Positions 28,483-37,523 of a DNA stretch of 64,000 bases are shown here, piece by piece. Position 1 is the stretch's first letter. Every line of letters starts with the position of its first letter. A program made the position numbers and the translations under genes. Under the pieces are notes generated by a model. That model was not told where the DNA came from and made no database searches. It saw nothing but the letters and a program-made list of their open reading frames with translations. The DNA is taken from the NCBI GenBank assembly GCA_050250895.1, contig JBFWNU010000003.1, positions 459,302 to 523,301 of the forward strand, in the 5' to 3' direction. The stretch comes from Vulcanimicrobiota bacterium. GTDB taxonomy: Bacteria > Vulcanimicrobiota > Xenobia > Xenobiales > JADMJV01.

Positions 28483-29595
28483 ATGAAAGCTCTCTTTTCG
28501 GCCGGTTTCCGGCCCTTCTTCCTGGCCGCCGGTCTAACCGCGGCCGGCCTGGTTCCGGCCTGGCTGGCGGTGCTCTCCGGTCATCTGCCCGCGCCCGGCT
28601 ACTACGGCCCACTTTACTGGCACAGCCATGAGATGGTCTTCGGCTTCGGCACGGCGATGCTGGCCGGCTTCCTGCTCACCGCCGTCCCGAACTGGACCGG
28701 GGCCCGCCCGCTGCAGGGCTGGCCTTTGGTGCTGCTCGTCGCCGCCTGGGGGGCGGCCCGGTTGGGGCCGTTCTTTGGCAGTGGGATCGCCCTGGCCGTG
28801 GTCGACCTGGCCTTTCTGCCCATGCTGGGGGTGGCGGTGGCTCTGCCGGTGGTGCGCCAGGGCAATCCGCGAACCCTCATCTTTCTTCCGATCCTGGCAG
28901 CCCTCTGGCTGTGCGATCTGGGTCTTCATCTCGAGCTCTCGGGCCTCACCACGGCCGGCGGCCTGGTGGCCGTCCGGGCCGGGGTGGGCTTGTTCGTCTT
29001 GCTGATCGCAATCATCGGCGGGCGGGTTATCCCGTTCTTCACCCGGGCGGCCCTGCCGCAAGCGCCGGTAAAAAGCTGGCCGCTGGTCGAGGGGGTGGCC
29101 TTGGCCACGGCGGCCCTGGTGCCGGTGCTGCAGGTCTATCGACCCGACCCGGTCCTGGTGGTGGTCTGGGCGGCTCTAGCGGTGGCCGCCCACGGCGCGC
29201 GGCTGTGGGGCTGGTGGTCAAGACCGGTGGCCCGGCTGCCCTTGCTCTGGGTGCTCTTCACCGGCTATCTTTGGCTGCTGGTGGGCATCGGCTTGCAGGG
29301 TGCTCTGGCCGTGCAGGTGGTCAGCCCTGGCGCGGCCCTGCACGCCTTCACCGCCGGTGCTATGGGGGTGGTCGGGCTGGCCATTATGGCTCGGGCCTCG
29401 CTGGGCCATAGCGGTCGCGCCCTGGTGCCCAGTCGGGTCATCGTGTTGGCTTTCGTCCTCGCCAATGGGGCGGCCCTGGCTAGAGTGGGCGGCTGGTTGA
29501 ACCTGGCGGGAGCCCTGTGGACCGTGACGTTTCTACTGTTCGTGGCTGTCTACCTGCCCATCTGGTGCTCGCCCCGGGCCGACGGTAAAGCCTAG
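28483..29595 (+). CDS. nnrS: NnrS family NO-response membrane protein
   Basis: GFRPFFL, WHSHEMVFGF, GFLLTAVPNWTG, GGRVIPFFT, ALHA, RASLGHSGR and PRADGK. Confidence 0.95.
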   Translation: MKALFSAGFRPFFLAAGLTAAGLVPAWLAVLSGHLPAPGYYGPLYWHSHEMVFGFGTAMLAGFLLTAVPNWTGARPLQGWPLVLLVAAWGAARLGPFFGSGIALAVVDLAFLPMLGVAVALPVVRQGNPRTLIFLPILAALWLCDLGLHLELSGLTTAGGLVAVRAGVGLFVLLIAIIGGRVIPFFTRAALPQAPVKSWPLVEGVALATAALVPVLQVYRPDPVLVVVWAALAVAAHGARLWGWWSRPVARLPLLWVLFTGYLWLLVGIGLQGALAVQVVSPGAALHAFTAGAMGVVGLAIMARASLGHSGRALVPSRVIVLAFVLANGAALARVGGWLNLAGALWTVTFLLFVAVYLPIWCSPRADGKA

Positions 29596-30167
29596 CCGTT
29601 AGGCTGCAGGCGCGCGGCAAAGCGCGTCTCGGCGAAGAAGCGGTTGAGCCAGCGACATTCCCAGTCGCGCAACGTCTCGAAGTGAAAGCCCGATTCGAAC
29701 TTTTTGTAGCCGACCTGGCGAGTCCACACGCAGGTGGCTCTGACCTGCAGCCGGGTTACCGACTGGGGATTGCTCAGTTTGAGGGTGACCTGTTGATGCA
29801 CGTCGAGGGGGGCTCCGTGGACCAGACGCGCGCCGGTTACCGAGACATCCTCGGGCTGGGCCGGGCCGAAAGGCGAGGCGATTTCGAGAGGGCACTCATG
29901 GCGCTCGCTCTTTCTGCGGTCGGCGCCGTGCGCCTTGAGCCGGGTGGTCAGGCTGGCCTCATAGACGCCGTCCTCGACTCCGTGAACTTCGATGGTGACC
30001 TTCAGGGCACCGAGCGGACCCTCGATCAACACCCGATGGCGACCGGGAGCAAGGGGGCGCAGCGAGCGAAAGGTCAGGCGGCCGTCGTTAAGTTCGATGG
30101 GTCGAATGGTCTGACGGACCAGCAACTTTTCGAGCTTCGAACAGACTTTCCAGAGCAATCGTTTCAC
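29592..30167 (-). CDS. PilZ-domain (c-di-GMP-binding) protein
   Basis: DRRKSER (RxxxR) and DVSVTG (DxSxxG). Confidence 0.8.
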   Translation of the reverse strand: MKRLLWKVCSKLEKLLVRQTIRPIELNDGRLTFRSLRPLAPGRHRVLIEGPLGALKVTIEVHGVEDGVYEASLTTRLKAHGADRRKSERHECPLEIASPFGPAQPEDVSVTGARLVHGAPLDVHQQVTLKLSNPQSVTRLQVRATCVWTRQVGYKKFESGFHFETLRDWECRWLNRFFAETRFAARLQPNG

Positions 30168-30229
30168 GATCTTAATATATTAACGAACCCTCAAAAAGAG
30201 CTGAAGCCGGTCAGGGCGAACGGGCCGAG

Positions 30230-31309
30230 ATGAAGGAAGAGATCCTGCGCCACTACGAGGCTTGTCGGCTCGATCTCGAGACGGTCAAGAGAGCCCTGGA
30301 GCACGATTTGCTAGCCCGCCTCAAAGAGGCCAGGTTGGACGTGAGCGGGATCATCGCCCGGGTCAAGAGCCTCGACAGCCTGCGCGGCAAATTGCAGCGT
30401 CCTGACCGAACCTACTCGCGTCTGGATCAGGTCCACGACCTGCTGGGGCTGCGGGTGGTGACCTACTTCGAGGATGGGGTCGAAGACGTGGCCGACGTCA
30501 TCGAGAAAAGCTATGAGGTTGACTGGCAGCACTCCATCGATAAAGGCCGCCAACTCGACCCGACCCAGTTCGGCTACCGGTCGCTTCACTACGTCTGTGC
30601 GTTCCCCCGCGCGCTCGCGGGCGGATTCGAAAATCTGCGCTTCGAGATTCAGGTGCGCTCGCTGCTGCAACATGCCTGGGCCCAGATGGAGCACGACCTG
30701 GGTTATAAGTCGAAAGAATCGATCCCCCTGGCTTTTCGCCGCCGCTTCTCGCGGCTGGCCGGGCTGCTCGAGATCGTAGACGAAGAGTTCGTCAGCCTGC
30801 GTCGCTCGCTGGAAGGCTACAGTCGCGAACTGCAAGAGGGGCTCGAGACGGTCAGCGTCGATAGCCTGTCGCTGACTTCGTTCATCCGCACCGACCGGAT
30901 GCGTGAGGTGGACCAGTTAGTGGCCGACTGGCTGGGAGTCGGTCTCTCGGAGCTGGTCTTCTATCCCGAATACCTGGTCCGCATGCTCAATTTCCTCGAG
31001 GTCAAAGACATCGGCCAGCTGTCTTGTGCCCTCGAGCGCTCGAAGGCATCGCTGGGGGCCGTGCTCGAGCCGTATTTCCGCTTTGCCGAGTCGGTCTGGG
31101 GTTTGAGTCGCCAGCAGATTCGCTCGGTCGAGCGAGGCTACAGCCTGTTGTTTCTGGGTCACTTGCTGTTGCTCGAAGAGTCGCGCCTCGAGATCGAGCG
31201 CATCGAGCGCCTGACCGCCTTCTATCGGACCCTTGATTATCCCGACAATCCCGAGGTGGCTCGCCAGGTGGCGTTGGGCTTGCTCGAGACCTTCTCGGGC
31301 TGGCCCTAG
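30230..31309 (+). CDS. RelA/SpoT synthetase-domain protein (small alarmone synthetase-like) with helical C-terminal extension
   Basis: RVKSLDSL, DLLGLRVV, GYRSLH and EIQVRSLLQHAWAQMEHDLGYK. Confidence 0.92.
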   Translation: MKEEILRHYEACRLDLETVKRALEHDLLARLKEARLDVSGIIARVKSLDSLRGKLQRPDRTYSRLDQVHDLLGLRVVTYFEDGVEDVADVIEKSYEVDWQHSIDKGRQLDPTQFGYRSLHYVCAFPRALAGGFENLRFEIQVRSLLQHAWAQMEHDLGYKSKESIPLAFRRRFSRLAGLLEIVDEEFVSLRRSLEGYSRELQEGLETVSVDSLSLTSFIRTDRMREVDQLVADWLGVGLSELVFYPEYLVRMLNFLEVKDIGQLSCALERSKASLGAVLEPYFRFAESVWGLSRQQIRSVERGYSLLFLGHLLLLEESRLEIERIERLTAFYRTLDYPDNPEVARQVALGLLETFSGWP

Positions 31310-32087
31310 AGCCGGTCCTGCACCGACTCGAGGTAGCCAACCCAAAGGGGCAGAGATTTGTCGAGTTCCGCATAGAGGTCTTCCAGGCTGACGGTCTGGT
31401 AGCGTTGGACCAGCACGTTGCGCAGCGAAGCCATTTCGGCCAGGCCCCGAGCCACTTCGTCCGAGATCCAGCCAGCCTGTTGCAAGCAAAAAAACGAGCT
31501 GTAGTAATCGGTTGGGGGGGTCTTGGCCACGGCTTGCCCTACCTCGATGTTGATCTTGGCGGCGTGTTCGACCATCAGCTCCAGCAGGCGCTCGCCAGTG
31601 TGGTGATGGAGAAAGCTCGCCAAGAACCCAGGCCTGTCCACGTTCAAGACCTCCCGCAGTTTTGCCAGACATCCGGCCAAAGCGGCGAGGTTCTCGCTGA
31701 CTAAATCTTGATTCAAGACAAATCTCCCTCGCAAGGTCCGCTGGACGAAATCCCGATTTCGCTCCCTCCACAGGCCGCTATCCCAGCTTCGGGTCAGAGC
31801 CTCCAGTTGGAGGGAACGGAACAAGTTAGGACGCGCCTCGTAAAGCGGAATCCCACTCCGCGAGACCTCCTGCCACAGAGCGGGACTGGCCGTCCCCGGC
31901 CAAACTCGCGCGGCCAGGCCCGGGCCAGTCGCAAGAAGCCAGCACTCGACGGTGTATCCGGCATCACCGCCAGGTCGAGATCGGCCGGCCGGGGTGCTCC
32001 TCTGGCAGCTGAGCCGAAAAGAACGACCAGCGATAGGCCGTGTCGCTCGGCCGAACCGCGGAGCTGCGTGGGATCGAGGGTCTTCAC
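31306..32087 (-). pseudogene. Frameshifted MntA-like nucleotidyltransferase whose C-terminus reads in frame into a HepT/DUF86 HEPN domain
   Basis: GTG 32087: LFGSAARG...DLDLAV. After a frame change near 31890-31920: SPALWQEV...GIPLYE..., running without a stop into ERLLELMVE..AKIN..MASLRNVLVQRY. Confidence 0.75.
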
Positions 32088-33763
32088 GCCCCGCTCAGGT
32101 CGACCGACTCGGCGGTGGTGCCGCCAGCGGCATAGGCGTCCATGGCTTGATCGAGGCGTTTGACCTGCCACATCTTCTGGCTGCCGTTGTAATAGAGCTG
32201 TTTGCCGCGCGACATCAGGGCGGGATTGTTCTCGGTGGCGGCCATCCGCATGTGGTCGATGCCCTCGCGGCATTCTTCCAGACCGGCCCGCAACAGGTCG
32301 AGGGCGTCCTCGGCAATGGCCGCGAAGTCTTCGGCGGCGGCCAGATCGTCGGGAGGACCTTCGTCGGGCACTTCGGGGGGCATCATCGGGTCGAGCTTGG
32401 CCTGGGCCTTCTCGATGTCGGCCTCGCGCCGGTCGAGCTTGGCCAGAAAGTCGTCCTTGGCGATCTGTCCGTTCTCGAAGGCGTCACAGTCAGCAAAGAT
32501 CGCCTGCATGACATCGGTCATGACCGTCTCTTGCGAGGCGCCCGGCCCAGGCTGGCCACCTTCCATCGCCGTCACCCCGGCCTCGAGTTGAGGCAGCCGT
32601 CGCTGGCAACCCGAGCAGACCTTGGTGCCAGGCGGATTCTCGGTTTGGCAGTGGACGCACAAGATCTTGCCGGCCCGCTCGTTGAAGCTCTGGACGTTGA
32701 GGTAGGCGCTGCCCAGTTTCTGGCCGCAGGCCTCGAGCAGAGCCAGGGTGTCGGCCACGACTTCGGGGTCCATGGCGGGATTGTCGGCATACTCGATGAG
32801 AGCCAGCAAAGCGTCTTCGAGCCCCTCCATGGCTTCTTGCATCCGAGCCGATTCCTCGGTGAGAACGCCGGGGTCGAGGTCCGCCTCGAGAGCCGGTTCG
32901 AGATCTTCAAGGCCTTTGCGGGTGCGCTCGAGGTGCTCTTCGGCCATCGACTTGAGCACGAACCCTTCGGTCTTGCCGTCGCGATAATCCTTGGCCACCT
33001 TGAGCAACCAGTTGATGGCCGGAGCCTCGGTGGGACCTTCGGTGAACACGTGGCGATGATAGGTCTCGAAGGAGGCCTCGAGATCGAGGTGAGCGGCACT
33101 GAGCGCGTCGATCAGCGTCGAGAAGCGATCGTTGGGCGTTTTGGCGTCGAGCTTCTTGAGGTCTTGAATCAGCTCGACGATGCGCTTGAAGGCGGTCTGG
33201 CGCTCGGCTACCCCGGGTTTGGTCCTGGCCTCGCTGTTCTCGACTTCTTCGAGGGCCTTCTGATAGAAGTCGATGTAAGCCTGGCAATGGTCATGCCACA
33301 ACTGCAGGGGAGCCTGACCCATTCTCAGCCCGGCGGCCAGGTTGTGGAACAGGTTGATCAGAGGGAACTTGCTGGGCCCGGTCGAGAGATACTTCTCTTC
33401 GTAGCGGGCCTGCGAGATCCGCAAGCGGTGCGAGGCCTCGGCGATGGCCTCGGCGCCTCGGTAAAAGGCGGCGGTGTCTTCTCCTTCGAGGGCGGCCACG
33501 ATCTGGTCGAGGGCTTCCTCATAGGCTTTGAATTGAACGCCGATTTCGTCGAGTTCGGCCTGATAGGTGTTGTAGAACTCTTCGCCCTGGGCCTCGACCT
33601 CGCCGAAGAAGGTGTCGTGGGCCGTGTTCATGGCGACGTGGCGCTGCCCCACGACGGTGGCCAGTTGCTCAATGGCGCTCTCGTCACCATCGGAGATGGC
33701 CAGACAGAGATCGATGATTTCTTGAGTTTCGGGAGAACTCGAAATCGGCTTAGTCTGGGACAC
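32084..33763 (-). CDS. Hypothetical acidic helical-repeat protein with zinc ribbon
   Basis: CVHCQTEN...CSGC; strong GC3 bias; coupled to both neighbours. Confidence 0.8.
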   Translation of the reverse strand: MSQTKPISSSPETQEIIDLCLAISDGDESAIEQLATVVGQRHVAMNTAHDTFFGEVEAQGEEFYNTYQAELDEIGVQFKAYEEALDQIVAALEGEDTAAFYRGAEAIAEASHRLRISQARYEEKYLSTGPSKFPLINLFHNLAAGLRMGQAPLQLWHDHCQAYIDFYQKALEEVENSEARTKPGVAERQTAFKRIVELIQDLKKLDAKTPNDRFSTLIDALSAAHLDLEASFETYHRHVFTEGPTEAPAINWLLKVAKDYRDGKTEGFVLKSMAEEHLERTRKGLEDLEPALEADLDPGVLTEESARMQEAMEGLEDALLALIEYADNPAMDPEVVADTLALLEACGQKLGSAYLNVQSFNERAGKILCVHCQTENPPGTKVCSGCQRRLPQLEAGVTAMEGGQPGPGASQETVMTDVMQAIFADCDAFENGQIAKDDFLAKLDRREADIEKAQAKLDPMMPPEVPDEGPPDDLAAAEDFAAIAEDALDLLRAGLEECREGIDHMRMAATENNPALMSRGKQLYYNGSQKMWQVKRLDQAMDAYAAGGTTAESVDLSGA

Positions 33764-34334
33764 GGGATGCTTTCCTCCTATGGTGTTGTCTCATCACTCG
33801 GGCAGTGGCGTGCCCCCTTTGCTCGGGCGGTCGACCGGGCATCGTCGTGGGCCCCTCGGGGCCGCAGGCCATCGTGATGTGATAGCGTTCGACTTCAAAT
33901 CCCTGGTGCAGGGCGGCCATCAACGCCCTATCGTTGCTGGCGGTGATGCGTCCAGTCATGTAACGGCAACCGCGTTGATGGGTGATGCGGGCCGCCTCCT
34001 TGACCAGGAGGCGGTCCACCAGCTTGCCCAGGTGGCTGGGAGCCACGGCCATATTGTAGATATGGGTCTGGCGCTCGCCGGTGGTCTCTTCGACGTGGCG
34101 CAACTCGAGAATCAAAAACCCGATCGGCTCCTTCTCGTCGACGGCCACCAACATGGCCACTTCGCGCCGGTTGTGAAGCATCTCGTCGAGATCGCCCAGG
34201 TGTTGTTCGGCGGCCTGGCGGACCACTTCGTTGGGTATGTCGCGGCCTTCCGGGATGCCCTGGTCGAGGGTGTCCAGGGTTAGCTGCCGGATGAAGGGCA
34301 GGTCACTCGCTCTGGCTCGTCTTACTTCCATCAC
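33750..34334 (-). CDS. GNAT-family N-acyltransferase
   Basis: VRRARASDL, IYNMAVAPSHLGK and ASNDRAL...GF. Confidence 0.85.
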   Translation of the reverse strand: MMEVRRARASDLPFIRQLTLDTLDQGIPEGRDIPNEVVRQAAEQHLGDLDEMLHNRREVAMLVAVDEKEPIGFLILELRHVEETTGERQTHIYNMAVAPSHLGKLVDRLLVKEAARITHQRGCRYMTGRITASNDRALMAALHQGFEVERYHITMACGPEGPTTMPGRPPEQRGHATARVMRQHHRRKASRVPD

Positions 34335-35667
34335 GTTTGCGGTTGGTAGCCTTGAGTTTCAACACTTCGGCCTGAAGCTTCAAAGCCCTCGGTGCGGGCA
34401 CCTGTAATATGCGGGCACACTGAGCGCGGGCTTGCGAGACCTGGCCCAGAGCCAGATACAGCTGAGCCAGCTCGAGCTGAGCCAACTGGGTGTCGAGCAG
34501 GTCGGGGGCCAGGGTCACGGCTCGACGATAGCTGCGGGCAGCCCGCGAGCCCTCTCCGGCTTCCACCTGGCTGCGGGCGAGTTGCAGCCAGAGACTGGCG
34601 TCATTGCCGTCGAGGCGAATCGCTTCGATGAAGGTCTTGACCGCCGCCGTCGCCTGACCGCTAACGCGCTGGGCCAGACCGACCATCTCCAGCAGGTGGC
34701 GCCGGGTCAGTCTATCGGACTCGGTGGCTAGCAAAGCCCGCCAGTTGTCGATGGCTTTGGCATAGTCTTGGAGCCGGAAGGCCAGGTAGCCGTCGAGGTA
34801 GACAGCGGCGGTTCTGTCTTCGCTCTCGAGTCGCTCGAGCCACGAGGGACAACCCTCGAAACGTCCTCGATCCAGCCGACCGCAGACCTGGTCGATGGCC
34901 CGCTCCACCCAGCCCGGGTCGAGTTCAGCCGCTCGCTCGGCCTCGCCCCGGCGCCAGAAACCGGCGGCTCTCAGCCAGCCGGGCAGGTCTTCGTCGACTT
35001 CTCCCAGACGTGCGCTCAGAGCCTCGGCGCTTTTGCGGTCGGTGAAGGTGACCAGGGTCAGATCGCCCAGATGGCGCTGGTCGAGGGGAGTGTAGCCACC
35101 CTGAACCGAGTAGGCTACCGTCAAAGCTTGCCATTTCAAGTGGCCAAGCTGGTCGTGAAGCTGCATCGGATCTTGCCACAGGCCGTCATCGGGAGCCAGA
35201 AAGTAATCGATATCGATATCGAGCACCACTGGCCCCACCAGGTCGGGAAGGTTGTCGCTGGTGCAGACGACCAACCGCTTGCCAAGCAAATGGCCCTCGA
35301 CGCGCCCTTGCACCATGTGCAACGACAGATAGTCGCTCACGGTCGGGCGCAGCCAGTTCTGCAGCTCGTTGCCGGCCCATTCAAGCCAGTCTTGCTGGCC
35401 CACCAGATGGGGCGGGATGACCCACACCAACTCGCTCACCAGGCCCTCTTCCATGGCCGGTAGCAGAAAGTTGCCGCAGTTGACCTCGGGCTGGCGCAAC
35501 CCCGTGTAGCCAGGCACCTTGAATCCACAGGTGTCGAGGTGGGCGTCCACATGCACGCAGACGGCTTCGCGAACGCCCAGTTCCTTCCAGAAGAAGTAGG
35601 CCTCGCGATGGTCCTCCATAAGCAAAAAGGGAGCCGGAGCTCCCTTGTCGTGGTTGTGGTTGGTCAA
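34303..35667 (-). CDS. UPF0489 / arginase-fold metallohydrolase with C-terminal TPR repeats
   Basis: MEDH, HVDAHLD, NCGNFL, LDIDIDYF and SVQGGY, followed by TPR-like helices. Confidence 0.8.
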   Translation of the reverse strand: MTNHNHDKGAPAPFLLMEDHREAYFFWKELGVREAVCVHVDAHLDTCGFKVPGYTGLRQPEVNCGNFLLPAMEEGLVSELVWVIPPHLVGQQDWLEWAGNELQNWLRPTVSDYLSLHMVQGRVEGHLLGKRLVVCTSDNLPDLVGPVVLDIDIDYFLAPDDGLWQDPMQLHDQLGHLKWQALTVAYSVQGGYTPLDQRHLGDLTLVTFTDRKSAEALSARLGEVDEDLPGWLRAAGFWRRGEAERAAELDPGWVERAIDQVCGRLDRGRFEGCPSWLERLESEDRTAAVYLDGYLAFRLQDYAKAIDNWRALLATESDRLTRRHLLEMVGLAQRVSGQATAAVKTFIEAIRLDGNDASLWLQLARSQVEAGEGSRAARSYRRAVTLAPDLLDTQLAQLELAQLYLALGQVSQARAQCARILQVPAPRALKLQAEVLKLKATNRKRDGSKTSQSE

Positions 35668-35670
35668 ATT

Positions 35671-36294
35671 CTAGCAGAAGCGAGAGTGGCAGGGGCAGCA
35701 GCAGCCGTAGCGTTGCGGAGGGTAGAAGCCGGGCTGGCCGACGCCGTAGGTGCCGGGCATTCCATAGCCGCCAGGCAGGCCGAAGGGGTCGCCGCCCCAC
35801 TGTTGGCCGCCGGGCCAGCCGCCCTGGTTCCAGCCGCCGTAGTTGCCACCGGGGCCGTAGGCGATGGAGCCGTTGTTGGGGCCGAAGTCACCAGCGTTCT
35901 GCTGAGCCGCTTGCTCGGGGCCGAGGCCGAACAGGTTGCTGACGCCGTTTTCCATGGCACCGAAGATGCCTGCGCCAGCGTTGCCGATGGCCGGTCCGAA
36001 GATACCGCCAGCAATGGCGCCGAGGGGGTTGCCGCCGGTGAGCAAGAAGCCGGCTGCAGCTCCGCCGAGGACGCCGACGATGGGATCGCCGAGCACGTCT
36101 TTTACGGCGCCAAGTCCGCCTTTGAGGACCTCGCCAGCGCCCTGCAGGACGCCCTTACCGATGGTGCCGAGTCCCTGTAGAGGGTGACCAGAGAGGATCT
36201 GGCCCGCGCCTTTGACGACGCCGCCGAGAACTCTTCCTGCTCCGCGGACGACTCCGCCGATTGCTCTTCCTATGCCGCGAACAACTCCGCCCAT
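35671..36294 (-). CDS. Glycine-rich protein: 11-aa repeats, glycine zipper, Cys-rich C-terminus
   Basis: Strong RBS (AGGAGG). GGVVRGIGRAI/GGVVRGAGRVL/GGVVKGAGQIL repeats; ends YGCCCPCHSRFC. Confidence 0.8.
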   Translation of the reverse strand: MGGVVRGIGRAIGGVVRGAGRVLGGVVKGAGQILSGHPLQGLGTIGKGVLQGAGEVLKGGLGAVKDVLGDPIVGVLGGAAAGFLLTGGNPLGAIAGGIFGPAIGNAGAGIFGAMENGVSNLFGLGPEQAAQQNAGDFGPNNGSIAYGPGGNYGGWNQGGWPGGQQWGGDPFGLPGGYGMPGTYGVGQPGFYPPQRYGCCCPCHSRFC

Positions 36295-36347
36295 TTTCCT
36301 AGTCCTCCTGTCCCCTCCGAAAGGGTTCTAATGTTCTTGTTGAGGTT

Positions 36348-36375
36348 GTTATACCGCGCTCGACCGTGAAGACAA
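36348..36375 (-). promoter_or_regulatory. Sigma70-like promoter TTGTCT-N16-TATAAC
   Basis: Near-consensus hexamers upstream of the Gly-rich gene. Confidence 0.55.
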
Positions 36376-36584
36376 GAGCGTTCATATTCATTTAACAAAG
36401 TTTTTTTTCTAGGGGGTTGATTCCTTTCAGGCGCGCAAACTCGCGGCCGTTGCCCGGGTGGTAGTCAACTCGGTGGTATCCCGGCTTGGCCAGGCCTTTT
36501 ACATGGTTACAAGTCGTTCACCCCCTGGTTGCCCGGCTCGGAGTAGGCTAATCGCGGTCGCCTCTCATCTCCCCTGGAGATACT

Positions 36585-37523
36585 ATGCAGAGCGTTTCGA
36601 ATCAACCCCAGAGGCATCCGTCCTCACGTACTTTCCCGCACTGGTCGCCGGATGGTAGCAAGATTTTGGTAGACATCGGCCGGCGCCCGGCCATCGTCGA
36701 TCGCGACCTGACGCATCAAACCGAACTCGGGCCGGAAGACACCTGGGTGACCTATCCCGATTGGAGTCCCGACGGAGAGCGGGTGACCTATGCCTGGCGC
36801 GGTCTGCACGGCGACCAGACCGAGCCCCATTGGGGCATCTATTCGAGCAAACCTGACGGCAGCGACGTGCAGATGATGACCAGCACCGGCTGGCGCGGCC
36901 AGTGGTCCCCCGATGGCCAGAAGCTGGCTTTTCACCTGGTCAAACAGGACGCTCCCATCCGACTCGCCGTCATGAACCGCGACGGAACCAGCGAGACCGT
37001 GTTGGCAACGGAGCCTCGCATCGGCGGCATGAGCTGGAGTCCCGACAGCAAGACCCTCGTCTACGAGAACTGGGACTTCGAGGGCGGGCAACTTTATACC
37101 ATGGACATCGAGACCCACGAGAAGACTCGACTGCTGCCCGATTCGGATGGCTCCGACAAGAGCGCCCAGTCCTCGCCGGACGGCAAGAAGGTTGTCTTTG
37201 AGCGATTCCATAGCCCTGGCCGGCGCACCGAACTGCGCGTGCTGGACCTCGAGACCGGGCAGGACCGCACCCTGGCGGCCCCCCACCGCTCCAACCACGA
37301 CGCCGCCTGGTCACCCGATGGGCAGAGGCTCGTTTTCACTTCAAATACAACCGAGGGCGATTTCAACCTCTACCTGGTCGACGCCGACGGCTCGAATTTG
37401 CAGCAACTCACCTCGACTCCCGGCGACGAGTATGCCCCGGCGTGGTCACCCGATGGTCACAGCATCGCCTTCTACCATCAAGAAGAGGGGGCCGAAAAGT
37501 CGCTGAAGGTGGTGGACCTCTAG
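36585..37523 (+). CDS. TolB-like PD40 beta-propeller protein
   Basis: Repeated WSPDG motifs; no obvious signal peptide. Confidence 0.9.
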   Translation: MQSVSNQPQRHPSSRTFPHWSPDGSKILVDIGRRPAIVDRDLTHQTELGPEDTWVTYPDWSPDGERVTYAWRGLHGDQTEPHWGIYSSKPDGSDVQMMTSTGWRGQWSPDGQKLAFHLVKQDAPIRLAVMNRDGTSETVLATEPRIGGMSWSPDSKTLVYENWDFEGGQLYTMDIETHEKTRLLPDSDGSDKSAQSSPDGKKVVFERFHSPGRRTELRVLDLETGQDRTLAAPHRSNHDAAWSPDGQRLVFTSNTTEGDFNLYLVDADGSNLQQLTSTPGDEYAPAWSPDGHSIAFYHQEEGAEKSLKVVDL

